Assembly: GCA_042565955.1 (NCBI GenBank)
Contig: JBHORG010000003.1
Location: 33,328-97,327 of the forward strand
Length of the DNA stretch: 64,000 nt
DNA from: Thermoproteota archaeon
GTDB lineage: Archaea > Thermoproteota > Bathyarchaeia > Bathyarchaeales > Bathyarchaeaceae
Direction: 5' to 3'
In this document: in pieces, positions 9,528 to 19,206 of the stretch
How the letters are laid out: each line of letters begins with the position of its first letter
Position numbering within the stretch: the first letter of the stretch is position 1
Notes under the pieces: generated by a model
The model's database searches: none
The model's input: the letters and a program-made list of their open reading frames with translations, nothing else
Told to the model about the DNA's origin: nothing
Translations under genes and position numbers: made by a program

Positions 9528-11117
9528 ATGAATTTGAGAAGACCAAATGCAGACGAAGCAACCGGTACATTCAATCGATCCAAGAGCGTTACTCCCATGT
9601 CAGGGATCTGTTCAAGATGTGTCGATGGATGTAAAGGCGGTTGCGAAATCTGGTTATCATCATTTAGAGGCCGCGAGGTACTCTACCCTGGACCCTTCGG
9701 AGAAGTAACTGCGGGAGCTGACAAAAACTACCCCATAGACTATTCCCACCTAAACATTCAAGGATACGCTCGCGGAGCTAAAGGGCTTCCAGAAGGCGTT
9801 AAAGCGGACCCAGATACTGCCCTTTTCCCTAAGGTGAACACCGAAACGGATTACGGATGGACCAAAAAGATCAAGCTCAAGGTACCCATATTCACAGGAG
9901 CACTGGGTTCTACGGAAATCGCTCGAAAGAACTGGGAACACTTTGCCATAGGCGCCGCAATATCTGGAATCACACTTGTCTGTGGCGAAAACGTTTGTGG
10001 AATCGATCCTGGACTTGTGCTAAACAGTAATGGAAAGATCACCAAGTCGCCTGAAATGGATAGGCGAATAGAAATCTACAAAAAGTATCATGAAGGTTAC
10101 GGAGAACTCCTTGTCCAGATGAACGTTGAGGACACCCGATTTGGAGTGGCTGAATACGTATCGTCCAAACATGGCTTAGATACAATCGAACTGAAGTGGG
10201 GACAAGGTGCCAAATGTATAGGTGGAGAAATTAAAGTAAAAAGCTTGAATCGAGCTATCGAACTTAAAAAGAGAGGCTATATTGTTTCACCAGATCCTAC
10301 TATTAAGGAGAACCAAGTGGCCTTCAATGAAGGAGCCATTAAAGAATTTGAGCGACACTCCCGTTTAGGCTTTGTAACCAAAGAGACATTCTTAGAAGAA
10401 GTTGACCGTCTCCACGGCTTAGGATTCAAACGAGTTACGTTAAAGACTGGGGCATATTCTGCTTTAGAATTAGCTATGGCACTACGTTATAGTGCAGAAG
10501 CAAAACTTGACCTACTTACAATTGATGGTGCCCCTGGCGGAACAGGTATGAGTCCTTGGCCAATGATGAACGAATGGGGAATTCCAACATTCTATTTGCA
10601 GGCGCTTATGTACAATTTCTGTGAAAAACTTTCAAGCAAAGGCATGAGAGTTCCTGATATAGCTATGGCTGGCGGTTTCTCCTCAGAAGATGGCGTTTTC
10701 AAGGCACTTGCAATGGGTAGCCCCTATGTTAAAGCGGTGTGTATGGGAAGAGGCTTAATGATACCTGGAATGGTTGGAAAGAACATCGAAACCTGGCTAA
10801 GGGAGGGCAATTTACCAAAATCGATTTCAAAGTTCGGTGGTAACGTTCATGAAATCTTTGTTGCCTATGCAGAACTTGAGGAAAAGTTTGGTTCAGACAT
10901 TAAAAACATACCTTTAGGTGCTATTGGAATCTACACTTATGCTCAGAAATTTAGGGTTGGACTCCAGCAGTTAATGGCTGGAAGCAGAAACTTCAACCTT
11001 TCTACTATATCCCGCAAAGACTTGATGGCATTAACAGAAGAGGCAGCAAAAATCTCGGGAATCCCATATGTCATGGACGCATACGGTGAAGAAGCAAACA
11101 GAATACTAGATGAATAA
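9528..11117 (+). CDS. FMN-binding glutamate synthase family protein
   Basis: N-terminal CSRCVDGCKGGC cluster and a GltB-domain-2-like core (DGAPGGTGMSP, GGFSSEDG). Confidence 0.8.
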   Translation: MNLRRPNADEATGTFNRSKSVTPMSGICSRCVDGCKGGCEIWLSSFRGREVLYPGPFGEVTAGADKNYPIDYSHLNIQGYARGAKGLPEGVKADPDTALFPKVNTETDYGWTKKIKLKVPIFTGALGSTEIARKNWEHFAIGAAISGITLVCGENVCGIDPGLVLNSNGKITKSPEMDRRIEIYKKYHEGYGELLVQMNVEDTRFGVAEYVSSKHGLDTIELKWGQGAKCIGGEIKVKSLNRAIELKKRGYIVSPDPTIKENQVAFNEGAIKEFERHSRLGFVTKETFLEEVDRLHGLGFKRVTLKTGAYSALELAMALRYSAEAKLDLLTIDGAPGGTGMSPWPMMNEWGIPTFYLQALMYNFCEKLSSKGMRVPDIAMAGGFSSEDGVFKALAMGSPYVKAVCMGRGLMIPGMVGKNIETWLREGNLPKSISKFGGNVHEIFVAYAELEEKFGSDIKNIPLGAIGIYTYAQKFRVGLQQLMAGSRNFNLSTISRKDLMALTEEAAKISGIPYVMDAYGEEANRILDE

Positions 11118-11228
11118 GGGACACACATTCCTTTCACTTTTTCTTTTTTCATTCCATTTTTCTAATTAATTCAAGGTAGTGCCACAAAGAATATTACTGC
11201 TGATTTTCTCAGTATTTCAGGGATAATA

Positions 11229-11813
11229 ATGAACAGTAAATTGATCGCAGTAGTAATAATTATTGTCGCTGTTATTGTGGTCGGGATTGTTTTTGCGATG
11301 CTATACTTTGGAACTTACAATGACCTAGTGGGACTCGAGGTGACAGTAGATGAGAAATGGGCTGATGTTGAGGCTGTTTTACAGAGAAGGTTTGACTTGA
11401 TACCAAACGTAGTGGATGCAGCTAAACTATACATAGAATATGAAGGGTCGATACTTGAAAACATAACAAGGCTTAGAAGCCAATGGGCAGCAGCACAAAC
11501 AACCGGAAACGAAAATGCTATAGTAAATGCAACAAGTAACCTGGATGCAGGAATATCTCGGTTAATTGTTGTTATGGAAAATTACCCTGAGTTGGAATCA
11601 TCAGAAATAGTACGAGACTTGATTACTGAACTTGAAGGTTCAGAAAACAGGATTTCCACAGAACGTATAAGGTACAACGGTGCTGTAGGAGATTACAACA
11701 GCGCTCGTAGGGTTTTTCCTGCAAATCTTTGGGCCTCAGGATGGGGATTCGAAACTAGGGAATTTTTCGAAGCTAGCATTGGGGCTGATAATCCTCCAGC
11801 AGTAATACAATAA
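11229..11813 (+). CDS. LemA family protein
   Basis: N-terminal TM, then QRRFDLIPNVV and YPELESS motifs characteristic of LemA. Confidence 0.85.
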   Translation: MNSKLIAVVIIIVAVIVVGIVFAMLYFGTYNDLVGLEVTVDEKWADVEAVLQRRFDLIPNVVDAAKLYIEYEGSILENITRLRSQWAAAQTTGNENAIVNATSNLDAGISRLIVVMENYPELESSEIVRDLITELEGSENRISTERIRYNGAVGDYNSARRVFPANLWASGWGFETREFFEASIGADNPPAVIQ

Positions 11814-11842
11814 CCTATCCCAACACACCTAGAGGCGTTCAA

Positions 11843-12628
11843 ATGCTTCACATACCACGAACCATTCTTTTTTTCTTTATATCAATGACAATATTAGTCT
11901 CTTTTTCAACTTCAATTCCAGTTGAATTATTAACTGTCAATGGACAGATAATTTCAAATGACTGGAAAAATGACATTGAAGAGTATCTTCAAGTTGTTGA
12001 TTTGAACACCACTGCTGAGATAGTAATCTATGTTGTTGATTCCCTTTATGATCATGGAATCATGAAAGATGGAAGTGAAATCAATGACCTAGTTCAGCTT
12101 GGAGTATATATATTCAATGAGTTACCTATGGAAACGCCCAGCGGTACAGTAGTTGGAATTGGAAAAAAGGGAAAAGATAACGGTGTTCTAGTTCTTGTTG
12201 TCATGATAGAGCGGGAATGGAGAATCGAAGTAGGCTATGGATTGGAGGGCTACATAACAGACGTAGAATCTAAAAGAATAGCTGAAGATTATTTAGTTCC
12301 AAAATTTCAGGAGGGGGAGTATGGGGAAGGATTGGCAAACACCATTATTGCCCTCGCACTACAGATACCAGAAGTTGATGAAGTGGATCAGATGTCAACG
12401 CGTGGAAGATACGTCTACGATAGCGCAGAATTGCCTGCTGATGAGGAGTTTCCGTGGTGGGTTATATTGTTAATCATTATTTTTGTCCTTGTTATGATTA
12501 GGTTTGGTGGCCGTTTCGGTGGCGGTAGAAGAGGGAGATCTTGGGGTAGTTCAGGTGGTGGAGGTCGCTCTGGAGGTGGAGGAGGCGGTGGAAGTTCTGG
12601 AGGAGGCGGTTCCTCTGGAGGATGGTAA
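11843..12628 (+). CDS. TPM-domain protein with Gly-rich tail
   Basis: Signal sequence, TPM-like core (EIVIYVV, WRIEVGYGLEGYITD), TM and a GGGRSGGGGGGGSSGGGG tail; the usual partner of LemA. Confidence 0.75.
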   Translation: MLHIPRTILFFFISMTILVSFSTSIPVELLTVNGQIISNDWKNDIEEYLQVVDLNTTAEIVIYVVDSLYDHGIMKDGSEINDLVQLGVYIFNELPMETPSGTVVGIGKKGKDNGVLVLVVMIEREWRIEVGYGLEGYITDVESKRIAEDYLVPKFQEGEYGEGLANTIIALALQIPEVDEVDQMSTRGRYVYDSAELPADEEFPWWVILLIIIFVLVMIRFGGRFGGGRRGRSWGSSGGGGRSGGGGGGGSSGGGGSSGGW

Positions 12629-12697
12629 TACTTCACTAATACTTATGTACAATAGAAGCTAATACGTATCAAAAAATCTGCTGATATGTAGAAAACG

Positions 12698-13570
12698 CTA
12701 TTTTGTTGATATTAGCTCTATTTCGAAAAGCTTTGACCACTTTTTTCCAGTCACGAAGAGTCTATCCTCGTTTGGATCATATGCAATTCCGTTTAGTACA
12801 TTTCTAGTAGTCGGATTCACCAAATCTTTGAGACCCGTCAAGTCTATCCGTCCTGTAACCTGACCTGTCTGTGGATCTATTATTACAATCAGGTCTTCTT
12901 TCCAGATATTCGCGTAGATTCTTCCATTAATGTATTCAAGTTCATTAAGCAACTTTACCGGCTCTTCATCATAAACTTCAACCTGAGCAAGGGTCTGGAA
13001 TGTTTCTGGGTCTAGAAAATACAAAGTTTCGTTTCCAACACTCATAATCAACGTACTACCGTTGTGGGTAAGTCCCCATCCTTCAGTGGAATAATTGAAA
13101 GTCTGCAATAACTCAAAGGAGTTTTTGTTATAAACGAAACCTGTGTTGTTTTTCCATGTTAACTGGATTATTTCATCCTCGAAAATTGTGAGGCCTTCTC
13201 CAAAGAAAGTGTTGGGTAAAGAGTAAAGCTGTTTTACGTTGCCTGTTTCCAATTCTACGCGACGTAGTGTAGATTGACCGTAAAGGCCTGTCCCTTCGTA
13301 TAAGACGCCATCATCAAAGACTAGTCCTTGCGTGAATGCATTTTCATCATGGTCATACATATTGACAATCTGGTATGTGTAGTTCAGTGGTTCTAGTTCA
13401 GGCTCAGGTTCAGGATCTGGCTCTGGTTCGGGTTCTGTGGGTACATCAGGTGAAGTATTTGGATCAACTGTGTTGTTACTAAGTAAAACCACCGTAACCG
13501 AAATTGCAGCTATTAAAACCAAGATAATCAGCATAATTGTTATGTGTTGTCGTTTCATGATTGTATCCAA
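12698..13570 (-). CDS. glutaminyl-peptide cyclotransferase (beta-propeller type)
   Basis: FTQGLVFDDGVLYEGTGLYGQSTLRRVELETG and TEGWGLTHNG match the plant/bacterial glutamine cyclotransferase family; N-terminal anchor and a PEPEPDPEPE linker. Confidence 0.8.
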   Translation of the reverse strand: MDTIMKRQHITIMLIILVLIAAISVTVVLLSNNTVDPNTSPDVPTEPEPEPDPEPEPELEPLNYTYQIVNMYDHDENAFTQGLVFDDGVLYEGTGLYGQSTLRRVELETGNVKQLYSLPNTFFGEGLTIFEDEIIQLTWKNNTGFVYNKNSFELLQTFNYSTEGWGLTHNGSTLIMSVGNETLYFLDPETFQTLAQVEVYDEEPVKLLNELEYINGRIYANIWKEDLIVIIDPQTGQVTGRIDLTGLKDLVNPTTRNVLNGIAYDPNEDRLFVTGKKWSKLFEIELISTK

Positions 13571-13875
13571 TAACTTCTGGTAACTCGGCTCTTTTAACAG
13601 TTAATGAAAAAAAATTTGGTATCGCACTTCATCTTAGAAATAGTGAAAGATCTGATAACCTCAAAACAGAAAACTAGCTGAAGTATCTTTTTGTGTAAAT
13701 ACGACTCTGTTGAATCGCTAGAGTTTGTTGCCATCAAGATGTCTCCAATTCTTGTTATCACAATAATGTCGACAAAGACTCACTCAAAAAGCACCATAGA
13801 AAATATCTCCTATCTGTTCCCCTCCATTTTTTGAGTTTAATGGTCTAAAATGTTAAATAGATTTTCCAAGAAACC

Positions 13876-15093
13876 TTGATGTTCCCGGGGGATGTACAGA
13901 TGGAATACTTCCTATTGTTTTTGATTTGGATTGCTGCCGCCTTCTTTTTTCCAGTTATGCTTAGACGATTTCAGATACCCTGGGTAACCGCAGTAATTTT
14001 TGCAGGAATAATCATTGGACCTAATGGTTTGGGTATTGTCAATTCAGGAGAAGTCATGGATTTCCTTGCAACAATAGGGCTTGTTTTCCTAATGTTCACC
14101 GCGGGAATGGATATTAAATTTTCAAAACTAAAAAAAGCAGGAAAAAAGGTGCTGCTCTTTTCTATGGTGAATCTTGGAATTCCCTTTGCTACCGGTTGTT
14201 TTGTTGGAATTTACTTAGGGTTATCCTTTTTTGCATCACTAGTTTTGGGAGTTTGTTTTAGTTCATCATCTGTAGGATTAATCGTTCCAATGTTAAGAGA
14301 GTTGAATCTTAAATCAAAAGTAAAATCAACACTTGTTTCAGCAATATTTCTTGAAGACGTAATTAGCCTTATTCTTCTGGCAATCTTGTTGAAGGCGGTG
14401 GTACCCAATTCTTCGATACCCTTGGAGATTTTTCCAATTGTATTATTAGTATTCGTTTTCGTGGTTCTTTATTTAATACCAATACTTCAAGAATGGCTCT
14501 TTTGGTTTGGACCGTCAAAAGACGTCTTTGCTGGAGGAGTGAGGGCCGTTTTTATCACATTGGCTCTTGTGGCATTAATGGCCGAACTAATAGGTGTTCA
14601 TGCCATGGTTGGAGGATTCTTGGCTGGCTTAACCCTCTCGGATATGCTCAAAAGACGGAAGAAACTTGAACAAAATATCATTGCAATCAGTTACGGATTT
14701 CTAATTCCAATTTTTCTACTTAGTCTGGGAATGACAACAAATATTGCAACGCTCTTTGAACCAGGTGACGCTCTATCAACAGGTTTGATCGTGTTATCAC
14801 TGATAGCAAGTAAATCAGCGAGCGGGTTTCTAGGAGGTCGCCTCCTCGGATTTCCCTCAAGAATCAGCTTGGGAATGGGTGTAATGACAATTGCTCAGAT
14901 GTCAACTACATTAGCGACGGCAAGTTTGGCATTTCAATATGAAATTTTTGATGAAAACATCGTGGCAGCTCTAGTTATTTTGTCAATAATTACCATCATA
15001 ATCACTCCGTTACTTACAAAGTTAATTTTTAGATCGCATAGCGAAAAACCGAGTAAATTTAGTAGATTATGGCGCGGAAACAATGCAAAATGA
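13876..15093 (+). CDS. cation:proton antiporter (CPA family)
   Basis: About 11-12 TM segments and Na+/H+ exchanger-like motifs (LVFLMFTAGMDI). Confidence 0.8.
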   Translation: MMFPGDVQMEYFLLFLIWIAAAFFFPVMLRRFQIPWVTAVIFAGIIIGPNGLGIVNSGEVMDFLATIGLVFLMFTAGMDIKFSKLKKAGKKVLLFSMVNLGIPFATGCFVGIYLGLSFFASLVLGVCFSSSSVGLIVPMLRELNLKSKVKSTLVSAIFLEDVISLILLAILLKAVVPNSSIPLEIFPIVLLVFVFVVLYLIPILQEWLFWFGPSKDVFAGGVRAVFITLALVALMAELIGVHAMVGGFLAGLTLSDMLKRRKKLEQNIIAISYGFLIPIFLLSLGMTTNIATLFEPGDALSTGLIVLSLIASKSASGFLGGRLLGFPSRISLGMGVMTIAQMSTTLATASLAFQYEIFDENIVAALVILSIITIIITPLLTKLIFRSHSEKPSKFSRLWRGNNAK

Positions 15094-15339
15094 CTGTTGA
15101 ATCGTTAATTAGTGACGGACGCATACTATCTACAGTTCATAGATTTATTTTGTGCAATTAACAATTTTATTGTGTGTTGATGAAGCATCTCGTTAGTAGC
15201 GTTAGGCTTCCAATAACCGTGATGATTACACTACCTATTATATAGGTCACCGGATTTTATTATGTACCATTTTGTGGATTCAATTCTATAAAAAAACCAA
15301 CTGAGTTAATATCGTCGGATTATTCCAAGTTAAAAAGAA

Positions 15340-15373
15340 GGTGCCGAGGACCGGACTTGAACTGGCGACGACT
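15340..15373. repeat. attL: displaced copy of the tRNA-Phe 3' end
   Basis: GGTGCCGAGGACCGGACTTGAACTGGCGACGACT matches 20197-20230 at 33 of 34 positions (T versus C at position 24). Confidence 0.85.
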
Positions 15374-16202
15374 ACTTCAATGGTTGATTTAGGCGATTTA
15401 TATGATTTCTTGTTGTTTGCTCGAGCAAAATTGAACTTGAGTCAACTAACTTCTAAGTAATATTTACGAAGAGTCAGGGCCTTTCTTAGAGAAAGAAGTT
15501 CTGTGACTGATAGAGATATTCAAGTTTATATCCAGAAGAAACAGGAAAATTGCGCCCCGTAATATGTTTCTAACAATCATTTCTTCTTTCAAAGCCTATT
15601 TCCGAGGCTACAAGGGTTTGTCATGGATGGATGGTTATAAGCATCCTTCAAGCCCTTTGAAGCTGAAGCCTGAGATAAAAAAAGAAGATGTTAGAAAGTT
15701 CATTGAAGCAATTGACGATCTGGGCGTCAAATGTGTAGCCCTGTTTCTTGCTTCTTCTGGACTAAGACGAGGAGAAGTCCTGGGCCTAAAGAAAGTTGAT
15801 GTTGATAGAGATCTCAGGACTATTGTACCGAATTGTCATTCGGGGCAGACTAAACATTCAGGAATAACTTTCTACAACGAAGAAGCTGAAAGCTGTCTTT
15901 TGGAGTATGAAGAGAAACAAACTCAGAGCGAAAAAGAAAGTGATAGACTTCTACCAGTACGATATGAAAGGTTCTTTTATGCGTGGAAGAGGGCGCGTGA
16001 AAAATCAGCAATATACCTTAAACCTAAGGATATGAGAGATTTCTTCAGTCAAGAAATGGGTAAAGCATTTGTTCCAGATAGATACATTGACGTCTTTCAA
16101 GGTAGAGCCCCTAAAAATGTATTAGCCAAACACTACAATCCTCATGGAATTGCAGTGTTGAAGGAAATCTATGAAAAAGCAAACCTGGAATTTTTTGATT
16201 GA
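15374..16202 (+). pseudogene. tyrosine recombinase (SSV-type-like), C-terminal portion, disrupted
   Basis: The frame entering from attL reads DLYDFLLFARAKLNLSQLTSK-stop-YLRRVRAFLREKSSVTDRDIQVYIQKKQE (core-binding-domain-like). TAA is at 15458-15460 and a +1 frame change lies near 15545-15562. The intact ORF 15564-16202 carries the catalytic region (GLRRGE, GQTKHSG, MRDFF, LAKHY). Confidence 0.7.
16141..16202 (+). repeat. int-end repeat copy 0 (genuine 3' end of the integrase ORF)
   Basis: Core TTGAAGGAAATCTATGAAAAAGCAAACCTG at 16158-16187, encoding LKEIYEKANL. Confidence 0.85.
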
Positions 16203-16260
16203 ATTTTTTTCAAAAAAAAAAACAGAATAATTTCTTTGTTAATAGTAATTCTTGAGGTGA

Positions 16261-16428
16261 TTGTTTTTGAAGGAGTGGAAATGTGTGTCGGTTGGAGATC
16301 ATAAAAATGTTGGCAAGAGGGTTGAGGAATACCAAAAAAATGGTTGGCATCTACATACCTATGCATGTGCTGGAATTGGGGCAATGATGGCTGTTAACCA
16401 TTACTTGCTGTTTGAAAAAGGGGAATAG
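16261..16428 (+). CDS. small hypothetical protein (cassette gene)
   Basis: About 55 codons (TTG 16261 or GTG 16285) ending GWHLHTYACAGIGAMMAVNHYLLFEKGE. Not in the ORF track, and its stop overlaps repeat copy 0b. Confidence 0.25.
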   Translation: MFLKEWKCVSVGDHKNVGKRVEEYQKNGWHLHTYACAGIGAMMAVNHYLLFEKGE

Positions 16429-16457
16429 AAAAAGCAGACTTGAAGGTAATTGGTTAA
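16426..16457 (+). repeat. int-end repeat copy 0b (right half only)
   Basis: TAGAAAAAGCAGACTTGAAGGTAATTGGTTAA aligns with the right half and tail of copy 1 (TATGAAAAAACTGATTTGAAGATAATTGGATAA). Confidence 0.65.
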
Positions 16458-16497
16458 ATCCAATTCTATCAAGACACAGAGTTAATGGAGAGTTTTC

Positions 16498-16655
16498 GGT
16501 TACTCTTTGTTATTGATTTGGAGTTTATGGTTACTTTTAGTTACGTTTTTTTGGATGTTGGGTACTATTTGTTAATAATTTTGATGAAATAATTACTTAT
16601 TGTCACTTTTTCTGTGAATTGTGTTACTTTTTGTGTAACTCTAGAACAAGGCACC
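16498..16655. repeat. degenerate tandem repeat with 31-bp period, about 5 units
   Basis: TACT anchors at 16501, 16532, 16563, 16594 and 16625 are exactly 31 bp apart. Unit starts are TACTCTTTGTTAT, TACTTTTAGTTAC, TACTATTTGTTAA, TACTTATTGTCAC and TACTTTTTGTGTA. Confidence 0.7.
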
Positions 16656-16777
16656 AAAATTATTGTTATAACACCGTTATGTGGTGACATTCTATGTAAC
16701 TAATTCCACAAATAGCCTTCCACCGTGGGTGTAAACTTCTAATCAACTGATAATAATAGTATTAGTAGTGGAAAGAA

Positions 16778-16930
16778 ATGCAGAAACAAAAAAGATTAGA
16801 GTGTTGCGATATAACCTTTAAAACAGAGGAGCATTTCAAAACACATAGAGAAAGGGTGCACCGAGAACCCCTCCCCATCTGGTGCAGAGGCATTATGGGC
16901 GGGTGCGTAAACTGCGGTGGCTGCGTCTAA
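16778..16930 (+). CDS. small Cys/His-rich protein (zinc-finger-like)
   Basis: 50-aa ORF MQKQKRLECCDITFKTEEHFKTHRERVH...CVNCGGCV; not in the ORF track. Confidence 0.35.
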   Translation: MQKQKRLECCDITFKTEEHFKTHRERVHREPLPIWCRGIMGGCVNCGGCV

Positions 16931-16969
16931 GAACCAGCAAGTAATAACCCCTCGATCAACTTTGTTTTT

Positions 16970-17056
16970 TCAATACTTGTGGGACATTACACGGGCTATT
17001 CTCCTGAAGTGTTGAAGGAAATCTATGAAAAAACTGATTTGAAGATAATTGGATAA
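16970..17056 (+). repeat. int-end repeat copy 1 (integrase C-terminal remnant)
   Basis: Translates SILVGHYTGYSPEVLKEIYEKTDLKIIG-stop; core at 17012-17041. Confidence 0.8.
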
Positions 17057-17097
17057 TTAGGTTCAAAAAACCAAAATAACCGTTCCTATCCAAGTAG

Positions 17098-17595
17098 TTA
17101 GAACCTATTAAAGCTAAACATTTTCTCAAACGGTTTCTTCTTTTTTTGTTTTGGCTGTTCGGCAGGATACCCGAAAGTTAATAATGCAACAACTTTCCAT
17201 TTATCAGGGATTTTGAGCAATTCCTTGACTTTTTTTTCTTTGCAAGCTCCTATCCAACATGAACCGATCCCTAAAGCCCATGCAGCAATAACCATGTTCT
17301 GCATTGCAATTGTAGTGTCAACAACGGCCCATTTTCCAGTCAAAAGCGATTTTATGTCTGCACAGCCAACAATGACAACGGGAGCATTTTTAACAAAACG
17401 GGTAATCAAATTATCGCACAAGTTCTTCAGTATATCATGATCATTCACAATGACGAAACGAATAGGTTGTCTATTAGCAGCTGAAGGAGCCTGTCTGCCA
17501 GTCTCAAGAATTTGCTGCAAAACATCTTCAGGTATATCTTTGTTTTCATAGCGTCTAATGCTCCTTCGGCTGAGAAATAAATCAAGAAGAGACAT
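17098..17595 (-). CDS. nitroreductase family protein
   Basis: RRSIRRY, APSAANRQP and the C-terminal GYP motif. Confidence 0.85.
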   Translation of the reverse strand: MSLLDLFLSRRSIRRYENKDIPEDVLQQILETGRQAPSAANRQPIRFVIVNDHDILKNLCDNLITRFVKNAPVVIVGCADIKSLLTGKWAVVDTTIAMQNMVIAAWALGIGSCWIGACKEKKVKELLKIPDKWKVVALLTFGYPAEQPKQKKKKPFEKMFSFNRF

Positions 17596-17659
17596 AAAAC
17601 CTCACTTTGTATTTCAAGCAGCAATACTTAATAATATTTGTGAGTAGGGCAGAGAGTCT

Positions 17660-17755
17660 AGAAACTGTTTGGCTAAAAACTTTGATTCCCATGGAATCGC
17701 CATGTTGAAGGAAATTTATAAAAAAGCAAAATTGACGATATTTTGGAAACAGTAA
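17660..17755 (+). repeat. int-end repeat copy 2 (integrase C-terminal remnant)
   Basis: Translates NCLAKNFDSHGIAMLKEIYKKAKLTIFWKQ-stop, compared with integrase NVLAKHYNPHGIAVLKEIYEKANLEFFD; core at 17705-17734. Confidence 0.85.
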
Positions 17756-17863
17756 TTCAATCTAAATACCTTAGAATTTGTCATATAATTCTAATTTTCT
17801 ACAGACTGTAATAACACGCAGAATTTAAATAGACTTCAAGAAACAACAGTATCAGGGAAAAAA

Positions 17864-18493
17864 ATGTCTTTGGAATCTAACAAAACACTAGGCGGTATAG
17901 GCGCAATTCTGTTAGCAATCCCGTTTCTTAGCTTAATTGGAATAATACTTGTGTTGATTGCTATGAAGGGGATGGGAGACTACTATGATGATGACGACAT
18001 TTTCAAAAATGCACTTTATGGTTTCATTTTTGGTTTCGTCGGAGTTATTGCTTTGATAGCTGTTATCCTAATGCTTGCATTTGGTTTTTCAACCGTTTCA
18101 CCTGTTATCACAGATACTACTGCGATCGGATTTAGTGGATTCGGATTATTCATAATAGCGTTCATTGTACTCTATGTATTCTCTCTGATTGGAGCAATAT
18201 TCTATAGAAAATCGTTGGATATTCTCTCAGAAAAGTCTGGTGAACAAATGTTCAGTACTGCGGGATTAATTTTGCTAATAGGTGCTGCGATACCCGTAAT
18301 AGGTGAAATACTAAAGTTTGTAGCGTGGATATTGGCAGCTGTAGGATTCTTTAATATAAAAAAATCAACTCAGATACCCGAATCAAAAGAACCAGTTCTT
18401 CCAGGTGAAGGAAAACAATTCTGCAAATATTGTGGAGCACCAATTCAACCTGAAGCAACATTCTGTCAAAAATGTGGCAAAAAGATAGAGTAA
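17864..18493 (+). CDS. multi-pass membrane protein (DUF996-like) with C-terminal zinc ribbon
   Basis: The N-terminus is paralogous to ORF 27495-28082 (LSLIGIILVLIAMKGMGDYY versus LSLIGIILLLIGLKGLADFY); C-terminal CKYCGAPIQPEATFCQKCG. Confidence 0.7.
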   Translation: MSLESNKTLGGIGAILLAIPFLSLIGIILVLIAMKGMGDYYDDDDIFKNALYGFIFGFVGVIALIAVILMLAFGFSTVSPVITDTTAIGFSGFGLFIIAFIVLYVFSLIGAIFYRKSLDILSEKSGEQMFSTAGLILLIGAAIPVIGEILKFVAWILAAVGFFNIKKSTQIPESKEPVLPGEGKQFCKYCGAPIQPEATFCQKCGKKIE

Positions 18494-18530
18494 ACCATTA
18501 TTACCCTTTTTTTAAATTCTCTAAATAATT

Positions 18531-18611
18531 AGTCGCCTACACTACACAGATTATTCATCTAAAATTTTGAATGAAATCTATGAAAAAGCAAACCTGAAAA
18601 GCTTAATCTGA
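18531..18611 (+). repeat. int-end repeat copy 3 (integrase C-terminal remnant)
   Basis: Translates SRLHYTDYSSKILNEIYEKANLKSLI-stop; core at 18567-18596. Confidence 0.8.
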
Positions 18612-18744
18612 TTGTATTTTTTTATCTGATAATAAAGAGAAAGAAAAGTTTTTTGACAAAACAGCCAAATATTGTACAAGAATTTAAGATTCATACAATT
18701 TAAAAGCCTTTTTTGGATTATTGTATTAATATATTCTCACCTGA

Positions 18745-19041
18745 GTGACTAAGGGGGTATTACTTATGGAATTGTTCAGAGCTTTATTGGATTCTGGTGT
18801 GTTAATACCAGGTGTGGCTCTAACTTTAGTTTTTTTTGTAGCGTACCTTTTGGTATCTGCAAAGCATTCTATTCCTCTAAGCGTTGATGAGATTGAAACT
18901 TTATGGAAGGCCCATAAGCAATCTACATATTGTAAAGCAGATAATTGGATTGGAATAACTAAAAAGCAGGAAATGATTGGGTATAAATGTGAATGTGGCT
19001 ATAAGCAAATTCAAAAGAAGCCACTTCTTAATTTTAATTAG
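18745..19041 (+). CDS. small membrane protein with Cys motif, function unknown
   Basis: One TM (VALTLVFFVAYLLV) and CKADNW...CECGY; the start may be the ATG at 18766. Confidence 0.4.
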   Translation: MTKGVLLMELFRALLDSGVLIPGVALTLVFFVAYLLVSAKHSIPLSVDEIETLWKAHKQSTYCKADNWIGITKKQEMIGYKCECGYKQIQKKPLLNFN

Positions 19042-19089
19042 AACTTTGATTTTTTTATGTGGACGTATCTCCAAGTCAGTGATAGTGAT

Positions 19090-19172
19090 GCTTTATATTG
19101 ACTATAAACTAAGAACGATTGAAGAGAATTTATGAAAAAGCAAACTTGAAAGTGAAGTTGATTATAATGTGA
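19090..19172 (+). repeat. int-end repeat copy 4 (frameshifted integrase C-terminal remnant)
   Basis: LYIDYKLRTIEE in one frame is followed by RLKRIYEKANLKVKLIIM-stop in another; core at 19119-19148. Confidence 0.75.
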
Positions 19173-19206
19173 GGAAAAATTTCTTTTTTAAGCATGTCTA
19201 CGTTTT

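Noticed and set aside
12415-12636. Proline-rich 73-aa minus-strand ORF
   Set aside because: It is the reverse complement of the Gly-rich tail of the TPM-domain gene.
16498-16655. Considered whether the 31-bp periodic repeat is a small CRISPR array
   Set aside because: The whole 31-bp unit is repeated degenerately, so there are no unique spacers. The repeats are AT-rich and poorly conserved, and no cas genes are present in the window.
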